NCBI GenBank assembly: GCA_964016885.1
Contig: OZ024742.1
Span: forward strand, 125,736,001-125,800,000
Direction: 5' to 3'
Origin: Eledone cirrhosa
Taxonomy: Eukaryota
DNA: 64,000 bases
Shown here: in pieces, positions 13,130 through 26,759 of the stretch
Position numbering within the stretch: the first letter of the stretch is position 1
Layout of the letters: every line of letters starts with the position of its first letter
Position numbers and translations under genes: made by a program
The notes under the pieces: generated by a model
The model's input: only the letters and a program-made list of their open reading frames with translations
Database searches by the model: none
Told to the model about the DNA's origin: nothing

Positions 13130-13765
13130 CTATAGAAGTGGTTGATATCTTCCGGTACCTAGGTGATGAGATTAGCATGGGAGGCGGTGTCCGAGGCCAT
13201 AGTATCTAGAATAAGGACCTGTTGAAAGAAGTTTAGGGAGCTGCTTCCCTTGCTGACAAAGAAGGGTTTCTCCCTGCGTACGAAAGGCCGATTATATGAT
13301 GCCTGTGTGAGATGCGCGATGCTGCATGGTAGTGAGACATGGGCAGCAACTGCAGAGGATATGAAACGGCTGGAGATAAATGAAGCAAGTATGCTCGGTT
13401 GGATGTGTAATGTCAATGTACATGAACGACCAAGCATTGATGAGTTGAGAGAGAAACTGTGTATAAGAGGGATAAGTTATAATATGCGGGAGAGAAGACT
13501 GCGATGGTATGGACATGTGATGCGGATGGAAGATGACCGCTGAGTAAAGAAGTGCCAAGAAATGCCAGTAGAAGGAAAACGCAGTAGAGGAAGACCACGA
13601 AAAACATGGGCAGAGGTGGTGAGAGCGGACCTCAGATCGCTGAATCTCACGGGGGAGATGACGGAGGACCGTGACAAGTGGAGAGATGCGGTGCTGAATA
13701 GGACCCGTCCCACCCTTGCAAGCAGGGAAAAGCGGACGTAAAATAATGAAGATGATGATGATGAT
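13130..13765 (+). mobile_element. RTE-clade LINE 3' fragment with (GAT)n tail
   Basis: KGRLYDACVRCAMLHGSETW..RRLRWYGHVMRM..VEGKRSRGRPRKTW, with in-frame stops. Confidence 0.9.
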
Positions 13766-15119
13766 TAGCTTCCACTCGAGTTTTATGCTCTGCGAAAACC
13801 AAAATTAAATCTTGTGTAGCGGGCAAATCCCATGTCTATGTGTTTATATAAATATATCCTATGTATATTATATGGGTGTATATATATAGAGAGAGAGAGA
13901 AAAAATATTTATAGCATTATCATATTTTTATTGGCTCATACATACATATACATACTTACATATATATGTGCATGGGTATGTTTGGTGCATAATGCATATA
14001 TATATATATATATATATATACTCATATATATATATGTATATATACATATATCCATATATATATATCCATACATATATGCATACATGCGTACACACACACA
14101 TACATGCATACATATATACATATATACATATATACATATATACATAAAGACTTATATGGTGACCTCTGTACCTCAGTTTGTACGCAATGTATGCAGCCGC
14201 ATATGCCTGTCAAATATTGGGTATACACTACGTAACCATGCAGAAATGCCATAGTTCGAATATGACTTATTCCCTGCTGTCAATTTGGCAGGTGGTACAT
14301 GTTATGGAGAATTCTCAAATAATTCAGGACTAGTATTTTAGAAATACTTATCTCCCTTGTTCTTTTTACTTTGAATTGAAATGTAACAAGTGAATAGAGT
14401 TAATTTTGTTAAAAATGTAACAATCGAATATACATTATGACAAGTAGAATAATATTCTAGATGCTTTAGAATATATATAAACATCAATATACCATCGGCG
14501 TAGTTTCAAGCTTTATCTAAAGGGAAAAGTATATTTTAAAAATATATTCAACAAAAGAAATTTCACACGATTACTTTATTTTTCCAGATTTGTTGTTATG
14601 GAGTTACTACAGCTAAATTTTAGCTTCATAATATATGCCTTGGATGTTTTAATTATAGGAGCCATAGTTCTATCGCGTTACCACAAGGGATTGAATTCAG
14701 AACTCTGTGTCCGAACAAATGCTACAAAGCAATTCCTTTAACGCTCTCACAATTCTGCCAATTCACCGACGAAAGACAGAAATTCAAAGTTAACTTCAGC
14801 AGGATTCAAACACAGACGCGCTCTAGACCGAAATGAAAGCCCTAATGTATTTCATTCGACACTCTAACGAATGTACGAATTGCCACCTCATGCCCGGATT
14901 ACGGTAAAATTTCTTATAAAATATGCAACTCCCGTGAGGGAGCCTATACGTAGTTGCCCTACTTGTTAAAATATTTACTAAATCTCCCTTGAACCAGACT
15001 TTACAAATTTAAGAAAAGGATTTTTATGGATAAAGATAACGTAGACCTGTTGAATTATGACTGATCTGAGGTTTAAAGTATCAACAACAAAACCCAACAT
15101 CCGGGGCCTTTTCACTTCT

Positions 15120-15560
15120 GTTGGAGGAATCCCTCCCTGTTTGACTTTCATCGCTTTCCATCTCTGGCCATATTGGGTCATGTAGGGCCGAAGCATCGGG
15201 TCAGATCGTCGCACCATCTTGCCTTTAGCCACCCACTGGTTCTTCTCCACCGCCTTCGTGTCCACTCTCTCGCTCTAATAGTCCACCTGTTGTCACTGAG
15301 ATGATAGACGTGGCCAGCCCATCTATATTTGCCCTTCTTGGTGGTCTCGATGATGTCGTTTAGTCTGCTGTCGAATCTAAGTGTCACATAAGGTGATGCC
15401 GAGCATGATTCACTCCATCTTTAGTTGGGCCAATTCAAGCGGCTCTTCCATAATTCATCACCGACAGAACATATTCATTAAACAGCTTTCCTTAGTTTCG
15501 ATTGTTGACTTGAGACTTCTAATGACGTTATAAACTTTTCCAAAAGCCGTCCAGACAAGC
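15120..15560 (-). mobile_element. Decayed RTE-clade LINE 3' fragment
   Basis: KYRWAGHVYHLSDNRWTIRAREW. Confidence 0.75.
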
Positions 15561-15960
15561 AAAGGTTTAACAGTGACAACTTATATAGAAGTATATTTTT
15601 TAAGTTGTGTAACGCTATATAAATAGGATGGTGAGCACGTTTTTGATCCGCCTAGTGATATAGAGTTACAGAACACCAACTAAATGATTGATTTGCCAAC
15701 AGTTGTACTTCCGTTGAAGCTGGTTGCTGATTTCTTTATTCTAAACTTTCTATCTTATTTCTTGGAATGGTTTCATTTGAAGTTGCTGTAATATTCACAG
15801 CCAAACTTCAAGTTTTAACTTGTTTGTTAGTTTGTTTGTTTTTTGTTTGTGTATATGCCTTTCATTGTGTGTGAGTTTGTGTTTGTCTGTGTAGAAGTGT
15901 GTGTGTCCGTGTGTGTCCGTGTGAGGTTGTGTATATGCGCTTGCCTGTGCGTTAGCGTTG

Positions 15961-16033
<73 letters not shown>

Positions 16034-16070
16034 GTATGTATGTATGTATATATATATATATGTATGTATG

Positions 16071-16108
<38 letters not shown>

Positions 16109-17317
16109 CGTGTGTGTATGTATGGTTGACTGTATGTTCTTGCTTCGGTGTATCTGTGCGTTTGTGTTTTGTTTCCACCAATAATTTCAAGTTTTTCTTA
16201 TGATATTTTTGTACTAAATTATTAATCTAAAGGTGCATGAATTTTTTAAGCTACGCCAAGCGTGTTACACCTCGCGATCTTTCAAAATCATAGAATTCTT
16301 TGGTAATGGTTTCTTTTTGTTATTCTTTTATTATTGGTATTCCGGTTGCTGTTGTTATTCTTGTTAAAATATTTCCATTTTTCAAATGTGGAATTTTCGC
16401 TTCGATAAATTCAGTGAAAATTCCTCAATATCCATTTATTTATTTTTATGCGTATGTGGGTGAAAGTGTATGCATGTGTAAAATTGTCTGTGTTTGTATG
16501 TTTATATCGGATTACGCCGTACGCGTCTGTGTGTGTGTGTGTGTGAGCATGTATGTCAGTGTCAGTGTTTTTAGAATTGTATTTTAGGGAAAATAATCAA
16601 TTTCTTTTAATAACATTATGTTTTAAAATATAAATATTCTTTCCAGTTAAGTACGATTTCAATTCTGTACGAAACTGTGTCTAAATCACATCAAGAGAAT
16701 TTTTCATCTCTTTCTAAGTAACTGAAAACTTTTCTTTCTTTACATACAATTGACCATTTACATTAAAAAACGTAAAATGAAACGGCATCATAAACAAACT
16801 TTTCGATGAAGTATGGAAAAGTCTATAAAAGTTGTTCATAATTCATCGAACTAGCGTTTAAGGTCTGTGATAGCCAACAGTTTTCGCAATGAAAGACTAA
16901 TGTAAGTTCTGAATGTTTCACATTAATCTTGCTGCTACAGCTGTTTCATTTTCATGTTTGCTTCCTTTTTTCTTGGTGTTATTTTTAGCAGTCCTACACA
17001 ATCACAGAGCCGTATGAAATATTATTTCATTGAAAATATAAAATTTTTACATAAGTTTTATATGCGATTGAATTTCCTACAATATAGTAGCAAAGTTTGT
17101 TTTTTTTATCCACGGTGGAATACAATATAACTTTGAACTCAGTAGGATATTTGAACTTCAGCCATAACAGAATCAAACTAATTTTTTTTAATCCAAATCA
17201 ACAATATCCTAGATAGCATTCGCTTACCGAGTGAGATTGAATACGTCAGATCGGACCAAGGAAACAGTGTTTCCATTCGACTTTCCAATTGCTACAATTA
17301 TCTACCGATCGCAACTA

Positions 17318-17511
17318 AATAATAGTTTCTACTTTTTGGTACAAGGCCCACAAATTACCCCAGTGCATTACTGGTGCTTTATTTTATCGACCTCGTAAGG
17401 ATGAAAGGCAAAGTTAACCTTGGCGGGATTTGAACTCAGAACGTAAAGGGCCATAACGCTATGCCACAAAACACGGTGTCTGACGCTCTACCGATACTGC
17501 CAATCCACCAC
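17318..17511 (-). mobile_element. SINE family A
   Basis: Full-length similarity to the other copies. Confidence 0.85.
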
Positions 17512-19182
17512 ACTAATTAATATGCTCCATTTAATTTCACATTCCATCCATTATACTATTTCACTACTGAAGTAGTTCTAATAATCGTTTGTAGGAGGCG
17601 TTACTCAATTAGATCTATCTTAGATGTAACATCCAAAGAATGAAAGGCAAATTGGCCTCGGCTGGATTTGAATTGAAAATTTAAAAAAAAAATGAAACAA
17701 ATACTGCAAGGCATTTGGGTCTATGATCTAACGATTCTGCCAACCTACCGTCCTATTCGAAGTTCTTAAAATGATTTATTTCTTTTCTCGCTCCCAGGAG
17801 GTGTAGTATGGGTGACTGAACTATATCAACACCAGAGGATCACTGGCACTTATTGAGGGCTGGAAGATGGAAAGCAGGATCGAACCTGCTGATACATAAG
17901 CTCAGTACATGCAGATTTGAAACTAAATCATCTTCTCTGTCACTTTGCCGTCTATGTCATTAAACTGCCATGGCAGTTCTAAAAATAATAATAGTAACAT
18001 TATTTTATGCCTTGGTGTTTTGTTATCTAAATCTACAACATAACAAATAGTCTTTATTTCGTCAATGTTAAATCCCTGCATCAAATCGTTTGCCTATGTT
18101 TTAACATTTTTCTTTGCCTTCTTTTTGAGAAAAACAGCTACATTTCTGCGACCATATATTTGGCATTTTGGCTTCTCTCTCCAATCGGCTATTTCTCAAA
18201 GGAATTCAACCTCTGTCATTTTCTTGACTTGTAAACAGTTCAACCTTTTTAAACTAAACAATCAATATCACTCTTATACCCTTTTGACTACACATCACTT
18301 TTCTCTTCTCTCCACCTGATATTATCAACAACAGAAAACGCTTTGTTAGCATTTTTGCTTTCTTTACGTTTCTACATAATGTATTTTGAAGACAGATGTG
18401 TTCAGTATTTACCTTATACCAGATAAAGATTTCCTTATTTCTTCTTCTCTGGCAAGCTATCAGAAATATCAAAAATTTAATTTATAATCTTAGAACGATC
18501 GAACACCCGTGTGATTATTTAATGTGCCGATTAACTTTTGAGAAATGCAAGTATGTTTTAATTCCGTTGAGTGACTGCAATTTATTTGCTGTCAAGCTCA
18601 AAGTTTGCACTCAAGAACAAGTTAGATTAAGTTTTTAAATCGATGCGACTGAGGAGGAGACTATGTTTCACAATTGTAACTAAGTATCAGAGTTAGTTTA
18701 GCTTCAGTATGAACTCAATTAGGTTCTTATTTAGTATATTTAGGATACGGGGCGTAGAATGAGTGTCTTAGAGGTTTATGATAGGTATAAGTGAGGTCTT
18801 CTGATTTGAAAACATTCATGTAAAAAAGGATCTATTCTCTTTCTCCATCCACAGAGGGCTTACCTTTCTCTGACTACACCCTTATTAGAATTATAAAAAG
18901 TAACCTTTACGAGATTTTAAGTTTTATAACATAAAATCATACGTCCAGGTTTGACATTTTCAGTAGTTTACTTCTTATAGAATGTTAACTGAACTCCTCT
19001 TGTAGATGGCTGATAGGAATCTGGCAAACCTAATCTGAGATTCGAATTTGATTTACAGTTGAACCAATTCCCTTTGGCTTAAACATTTTAGCTGTAATCC
19101 CTAACTTGAGGAGTTATGGATTACAATAGGTAAGCCGGCTTGTCAAAGACGTGGTGTAAAGTTAACATTTAATACTGACTGA

Positions 19183-19408
19183 GGGCGGGGGATTGGGGCA
19201 GTATCGGTAAAAGCATTGGACACTATGCTTTTCAGCATAAAGTTACGTCCCTTTACGTTCTCAGTTTAAATCACACCGAGGTTAGCTTTGCCTTTTATCC
19301 TTACGGGGTCGATAAAATAAAGTATCAGTGACGCCCTGGAGTTGATTTAATCGACTTTTCCTTTCCCAACAAATTGTTGGCCTTGTGCCTAAATCAGAAA
19401 CCATTATT
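19183..19408 (+). mobile_element. SINE family A (long variant)
   Basis: Same head and core, plus an extra gtcgatttaatcgac-type segment. Confidence 0.85.
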
Positions 19409-19794
19409 ACAGACCCATACGTGATAGAATTCGAAGAAATATAGTGTACTTCATGTTAGCATAAATGAAATAATTTCTCTTCAAATAGATTATCACACCT
19501 GTGTCACAATATTAGCTGAGAACATACATTCCAATCGTACTATTCCTCACTCTACAATATTAACCACTGCAGTCTTGGTTTTCTTCTTTTTTTTTTCTCA
19601 AGGAACAAATACTAGCATTACTTATATAAAACGAATAAAACCACTTTAAACTGTAATCTTGGTTTGCCGACAGTTATCGATACGTCCATCTAAACTGAAA
19701 TATATTTAAGGAGCTTCTACGTGGTCACTAGAAATAACAACTAAAGCTCTCTCAGATGACACTGTAATGTTTTTAAGTAACGATGGAACTATTT

Positions 19795-19983
19795 AATAAT
19801 TGTTTCTACTATTGGCACAAGGCCAGCAATTACCCAGTGCATTACTGGTACTTTATTTTATCGACCCCGTAAGAATAAAAGACAAAGTTAACCTAGACGG
19901 GATTTGAACTCAGACTGGCAAGGGCCGTAACTCTATGCGTCAAAGCATGACATCCGACCCTCTACCGATAATACCAATCCACA
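19795..19983 (-). mobile_element. SINE family A
   Basis: Similarity to the other copies. Confidence 0.85.
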
Positions 19984-21401
19984 TAATGCTTGTTGAAAAT
20001 CGCTGCTAAATGATAACTCATTGTCATTATTTAAGAGCTTTAGCAGATGCGAAATGAGTACTTTTTTTTAATGTGATACATGCCTTCTGCTTGATTCTAG
20101 GTTAGGATATATCCATTCACCTCGATTATGTTCATTGGTGTCAATGATTGGTGTCAATGACAAGTGAAAAATACGAATTATGAAATTCGAATAAGACATC
20201 AGCACCTTTTAAGTAAAATTCAACTAGGAGTAATAATTGTAGCGTACGAGTCTAGCAATAATCTATATAAAGAAATATTTTATATCTCCAAACCTTGTGC
20301 TAATTTGGATTTAGTACTCCAAATATACCCCTAGCAATAGACTTAACTTTCAAGACATCAGAGGCCCTTTTTGCTTCATATATTTTTTGAAGTTTTATAC
20401 GACCAAGTCTAAACTCAATTTAAACAACAATCACAAAGTTCAGTGGTAGAAACAGTAGACCTCGCACATCTTTTTATTATGCTTAGTTACGTTGCTTGCA
20501 TATTTCAAGTTACAATCCCATCAGAGTTAATATTTGTGCCACTTTTTTCAGATCAATAAATGCTAGCCATATTCTAGGTTTAGTTAATCACTTGCACATA
20601 AACACCACCCATCACTAACGAGAAAATTGAGGTCTTATCCGAATTTTAAAGAACCAATATTTAAGCAAACAAATTTAACTCCCTATTGATGATTAACTTG
20701 TATCATTGCTGTTGTTGTAGTTGTAGATGATGATGATAGCTGTTGTTATTGTTGCTTAGCCACAGATCAAAAGACCCCATTTTGTGGTGTGGGGTGCATA
20801 ATAAGAACCCCATTGGTAAATTTGTTTCATAACTTCTAAGACAACAGAATGTGATTTCAGTAAGGTTTGAATGCTATTTTTACCATGTATAATGACGACG
20901 TTCAGGCTCCCTCATAAGCTACTGATGAAGTTCATTGGGGTTGTGGGTGTGTATTTCTAAAATTTCATTTACATATTTCCTTATACTCTATTAATTAATT
21001 TACTTACTTATTTATTTATTAGTTAATTAAGCCCCTTCTTTGTCAATGCAAACTAAAAATAGCTTATGTAAGAAGCAGTATAATTAATATGTTATTCGAT
21101 ATGCTGATCGATGCAGTCCGTGTGAGCTACGTTAAACAAAGGCCTACTAAATAATTTCAAGTTTAACATGATTGTGAAGTTATTTGTTGATTAGGAAGCA
21201 TTTTATGTACATACACACACATGCACACACAAACACACACACACATACACACACATACACACACATACACACACAAACACATATACACATACACATGCAC
21301 ACACATGAACACACACACACAAACACGCACACACACACACATACACACACGCGCATATATATATACGTGTGTGTATATATATATATATGTGTGTGTGTGT
21401 G

Positions 21402-21497
<96 letters not shown>

Positions 21498-21779
21498 TAT
21501 ATACATTTATGTATGCATATGTATGCATATATATATATTTACACACACACACATATAATGACATCGTTGTATTAGAAAAGATAGCATCTACACTTTACAT
21601 TATTTAATCAGTTGCCACCAAATATTCATCGACATGAAATGACGCGGCATTGACTGAACATGGAGATATGCTGTATTAGACAACTGATGGCTCACATAAA
21701 ATAGATTATAAATAGAAATTTAAAGGGAAAATTACCAACAATGATATGATAACGAAACACACTTACACTCTACGTTAAG

Positions 21780-22265
21780 TGTTTTATATACATATATAGA
21801 GAGTGGTGTTCTCATGCACGGAGATGCTATAAAATAGACAGAAAAAGACAGAAAAAGAAGTTGCCACCGGCCGTTCCTAGTGATCGAATCCCGTATCTCC
21901 CAGATACCGGCCGTGCACTTTGAACCATTAAGCCAAGGGCCCATGTCATCTCTAACCTTCTTAATTTGGATAGCTGAATCTCAGTTTTTAAATGTAAACA
22001 GACATCGTATATAAGTATGCGATCACTCGGACGTTTACAAAGCGTTGGGGGGATAAATTTAATATAAAGTGTGGTGTACTCATGCGTGGAGATACAATAC
22101 AATATCTTATACAATAGAGTGAAGACTCTTAGAGACGGAAAAAGAAGTTGGTATTGGCCGCTACAAGGAATCGAACCCCTATCTCCCCGATACAAGCTTG
22201 ACGCTTTGAACCATTAAAACAAGGTAGGTACCGTGAAGATTCTTACCGTCTAAATTTAAGATTTG
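21780..22265 (-). repeat. Diverged ~290-bp tandem duplication, each unit with a tRNA-like A/B-box segment
   Basis: TGGCTTAATGG..GGATTCGATC at about 21880-21940 and TTTAATGG..GGTTCGATTCC at about 22165-22225. Both units share gagtggtg.tactcatgc..ggagat. Confidence 0.6.
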
Positions 22266-22459
22266 AATAAAAAAGCTCGATATGTTAGACGTACGAAGTG
22301 CTGAAGAAATAAATTTATAGAAGATCCAAGATTCCGAGGCCCAGAAAATATTTGCAGTTGGTCTAGTTTATTAGTTTTTTTTTGAATTCTACGTACTGAA
22401 ATATGTTGGAAATTTTTATTTCCTTTTATATATTTATTTCATTTTATATATATATATAT

Positions 22460-22521
<62 letters not shown>

Positions 22522-22648
22522 ATAATAATAAATTTGAGACTAAAATCCAGAGAGGGCTCGATAAGGATAAATATTTATCAAATATATAAGAACCGTAGAT
22601 ATATATATATATATATATATATATTAATTTATTAAAATGTATTACTAT

Positions 22649-22716
<68 letters not shown>

Positions 22717-22849
22717 AATTAGTATATCTACCAACATATGTATACAGATGCATACCTATGCTAGCAAATATATTTATTCCCTTACAGGAACTAATTAGTT
22801 GGAGTGAAATTTTAGTAAGTTGATTTTCATAATTTTCTTATTTTATGTC

Positions 22850-22898
<49 letters not shown>

Positions 22899-22903
<5 letters not shown>

Positions 22904-24186
22904 ATACTTTGGGAGGGTCATGTTGCCAATAAGAAACACACGTACCAGTTGCTTTCACTTCAATTTATTATTATAAATTTATAAATTTAGGAATTTATAA
23001 ATTTTTCTGGTTGGTTGGTTGGTTCCACAACCAGATAGTTGTTTATATATTGTCATAGTTCTTTCGTCACACATTCTGTGACCTCTTCAGTGACTCGGGA
23101 TTCTTTTCTTTGTTTTTGTGCCTCTCCTTTGTTCTGTCCTACGCCATTTTGTTTCTGTGTGTGTGTTGTGTGCTCGGTCTGCGCATGCGCCACATCCGGG
23201 TTTCGGTGTGTGTTTATATTCGTTTATTTATTTGTTTATTTACATGTTACTGGTTGGTTGTTTGTTCTATGTGCGTGTGTGTTTTCATTTTCTCCTTAAT
23301 TGTAAGTTGTGATGTTGCTGTTCCACTCATATTTTCTATTTAATTTTGGTTGTAATTCTTTTATGTTTATTGCCTCTGTGATTTGTCTAAACATTGCGTC
23401 TTTTCTGTGTGTAGATTCTATTTTTATTTCTATGTTCTCTAATTTACCCTTATGTTCTATTTTAGCATGTTGGTAGAGTACAGATGATTCTTTACTATCT
23501 TGAAGGTCTCGCCAGTGTTCATTTATCCGTTCCCCTACACTACGAGCTGTCTCACCTATGTACACTATATTTTTGTCTATACATTGTCCTTCAGTACATC
23601 TTATGCTATACACTACATTTCTAGTTTTACAGTTAATATGGGGCTTATTTTACAGGTTATACATTTCTTATCTATACAGGAGGGTCTTTGAAAAGGATAT
23701 GTCTTGTTAATAAGTGTTTTTACGGAGGTACCTGGTCTTTCTACTATCTTAATATTGAGTTTATGTTTATCTAGGGCCCTTCTAAATTTGTAAGCTAATT
23801 CACCTCTAGGGGTTGTATCGATGAACATTACACTCTGGTATTTATTGCTATCATACCATGAGTTTATTCTATTAGCCTTATTCCTAGTTCTTTCTATTCT
23901 ATTCCAAAATTTGCTCCTATACAAGCGGCAGGTCCCATTTGTGTCATTATTTACCATTTTTTCCCATTTGGTTCTGGCTACAATCAGAGAGATAAAATCA
24001 GATTGTATAGAGGAGCCAGAACCAAATAGTAAAAAATGTATAAACAACTATCTGGTTGTGGAACCAACCAACCAACCAGAAAAATTTATAAATTCCTAAA
24101 TTTATAAATTTATTATAATAAATTGAAGTGAAAGCAACTGGTGCGTGTGTTTCTTATTGGCAACATGACCCTCCCAAAGTATAACA
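22899..24186 (-). mobile_element. 5'-truncated Penelope-like element with 150-bp inverted termini
   Basis: GIY-YIG in ORF 23296-23613 (YSIRC..C..VYIGETARSVGERINEH..RQITEAINI..LN). Upstream linker in ORF 23613-24047. 22899-23051 is inverted at 24033-24186. Confidence 0.9.
23052..23094 (-). ncRNA. Minimal type I hammerhead ribozyme
   Basis: Minus strand reads GTCA-CTGAAGA-g-gtcac..gtgac-GAAA-GAAC-TA-TGAC. Confidence 0.8.
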
Positions 24187-24368
24187 ATATCGGTTTCAAC
24201 ACACGATTTCAGATAAAGAATCTTGCTAAACAAATTCAGAAACGAAATATATATATATATGTATATATGTATATATATATATATATATATTCGGTATACA
24301 AGGATGCAATTCACTTCAACCACTTCATATCATATTAATTCTTTAAAACAAAGATGACGGAGAATATT

Positions 24369-24638
24369 TATAAAGAGGAAAATGCGAAGTTGTAGGTGTT
24401 AGAATCTTGTATTAATTGAGCCGTTATACATATGTTATACAATGAATGTTTTTGCGGACATCCAAAGCAAAAACATACATGTATTTTAGTCCGCTCCCTT
24501 CCACCCATAATTGCCTTGGAAATGTTACCTTTTACTCAATTTTGCTGTCTGAGGAAACCACGATATCTATCGTCATGGAAATATGTATAACGGCTCAATT
24601 AATAAAATACTCTAACATCTACAACGTCCCATTTTCCT

Positions 24639-24644
<6 letters not shown>
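24369..24644 (+). mobile_element. 276-bp non-coding HHR mini-element with inverted termini
   Basis: 24369-24433 is inverted at 24580-24644, and the element ends in (TA)n. Confidence 0.7.
24544..24594 (+). ncRNA. Type I hammerhead ribozyme
   Basis: GCTGT-CTGAGGA-..acgata-tc-tatcgt..-GAAA-TATGTA-TA-ACGGC. Confidence 0.7.
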
Positions 24645-24716
<72 letters not shown>

Positions 24717-24721
<5 letters not shown>

Positions 24722-25487
24722 TATGTATACGTACATACATATATGTATACAGACGTACAGTAGTATGTATATATATATATACATTCATGCACACACATAT
24801 ATATATGTACGTATGGATTCACCGAACATTTATTATAATGCTCGGTGTGTTTGTAAACAAACATCCTGAAACACACCGAGCATTATAATAAATGTTTGGT
24901 GAATCCATACATACATATATATATATGTGTGCATGTATGTATATATATATACATACTACTCTATGTCTGTATACATATAAGTATGTACGTATACTTACTT
25001 ATATTAAAGTAACAGCCGTACTAAGATTGAGAAATGAAATTTCGTTTCATTTTTTCCGTTTATCGTTTTCGGTACCTCGGCCGATTAACTCACTCGATAT
25101 GCAAATTAGGCTGCTCAGCCGTTAATATGCATAAGGAAAGTATATACTTTCAGACGTTCAATCATCTGTCAGGAAGGTATAGGTTGCTGACGATAGCTAA
25201 TAAGCTTGAAACTAGTACAGCATTCCTTTGTCAGTGTTGAACAAATGAGCAACGATGGTTGCTAGACACTGTACGGCTTAATTCGGGATGTTTGTTTACA
25301 AACACACCGAGCATTATAATAAATGTTCGGTGAATCCATACGTACATATATATATATGTGTGCATGTATGTATATATATATACATACTACTGTACGTCTG
25401 TATACATATATGTATTACGTATACATACTTATATTTAAGTAACAGCCGTACTAAGAGTGAGAAATGAAATTTCGTTTCATTTTTTGC

Positions 25488-25491
<4 letters not shown>
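24717..25491 (+). mobile_element. Non-coding HHR element: inverted segment plus partial tandem (431-bp period), in (TA)n
   Basis: 24870-25062 repeats at 25301-25491. 24717-24871 is the reverse complement of about 25282-25433. Confidence 0.85.
25183..25221 (+). ncRNA. Minimal type I hammerhead ribozyme
   Basis: GTTG-CTGACGA-t-agct-aata-agct-t-GAAA-CTAG-TA-CAGC, with palindromic ACTAGT stem III. Confidence 0.8.
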
Positions 25492-25532
<41 letters not shown>

Positions 25533-25536
<4 letters not shown>

Positions 25537-26300
25537 AAATTGGAACGGGAACAAAAACAGACAGGCAGTACAAACAAAGGTTTATTAGTTTCATGCTCTT
25601 GAGAGTGGGGGGGAGACGTTTCGGGCATATGCCCTTCTTCAGGAGAAAAGTGGGTAGGAAGAGAGTTCCGAGGGTGTGGGGGGAGTGGTGGAGAGACATT
25701 TTTAAAAAAGGGGGAGGAGTGAGAAAAGGAAGGAAAAACGGTGGAAGGGGTACAAATAAAAATAAAAATAACATAAAGATAAACAAGTGGTGGAAGGGTG
25801 TGGGGCGTGTAGGGGTGGTGGCGGGTGTAATAGGAAGAGGGAGCCGGGTGTCCGAGTGGGGAGGGCTGAAGGTGATGTTTCTGTAGGTGTGTAGGTGTAC
25901 TTGTGTGTGTGTGTGTATGTATGTGGATGTGAGAGTTGGGGGAAGAACAAGGTTCCATGTTCAGGAAAAGGGGTGTGTGTGGGGTGGTGTGTAGGTCAGT
26001 GTGTGCGTGCGTGTGGATGGGGAGGGGTCAGAGTGGTGGGGGAGGGGTGGGAGGATTCTGGAGGCTGAGTGTATATATGTGGGGGTACGCACGTGTGTGT
26101 TGATGTAGGTGGCGTGGTCGGAAAAAAAATTGTGAGTGTATGTCCGTGGGTAAGTTCCTAAAGTAGTTCCGTAGAGGGTGCGAAAGGGTGCCGGAAATGT
26201 TTCATGTTATGGAGTGAATAGCTGGAACGATGCCCGGTGGTGTGTAATCCGTTGGTTATGGTGGTCGGAAGTGGGGAGATGTGGGGTGCGCGCACAACAG
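25533..26300 (-). mobile_element. 5'-truncated copy (3' UTR only) of the PLE at 57203-60440
   Basis: Colinear reverse complement of 59722-60440. Contains CTGAAGA-AGGGCATATGCCC-GAAACGTC. Confidence 0.9.
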
Positions 26301-26311
26301 ATATATATATG

Positions 26312-26373
<62 letters not shown>

Positions 26374-26397
26374 CATATATATATATATGTGTATATG

Positions 26398-26428
<31 letters not shown>

Positions 26429-26759
26429 GTATATATATATTATATATATATATAGAGAGAGAGAGAGGGAGGGGAGATGCTTACATTCATATGCGTGTGT
26501 TTGTCTGTCTGTGTGTAAATTATGATAAGGAACTATTGGCTTTCATTTACGGTATTTAGTGACGAGTAATGTCCTTTTATTGGTCGAGTGACGTTGTTGT
26601 TGGTTATTGTCCTTCCTGATCTCCACCATTAAAATAATTGTTGTTATTGAACCACTATTTAGAATAATCTGTTATTTATGTATCTCAGAACAGAATTCAA
26701 AATTAGCACTTCGTTATACTCTTCGTTACATTTAGTTATACTCACAGTATTTACAAAGT

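Noticed and set aside
21870-21945. tRNA gene
   Set aside because: A and B boxes are present but there is no cloverleaf or acceptor stem. Treated as a tRNA-derived repeat.
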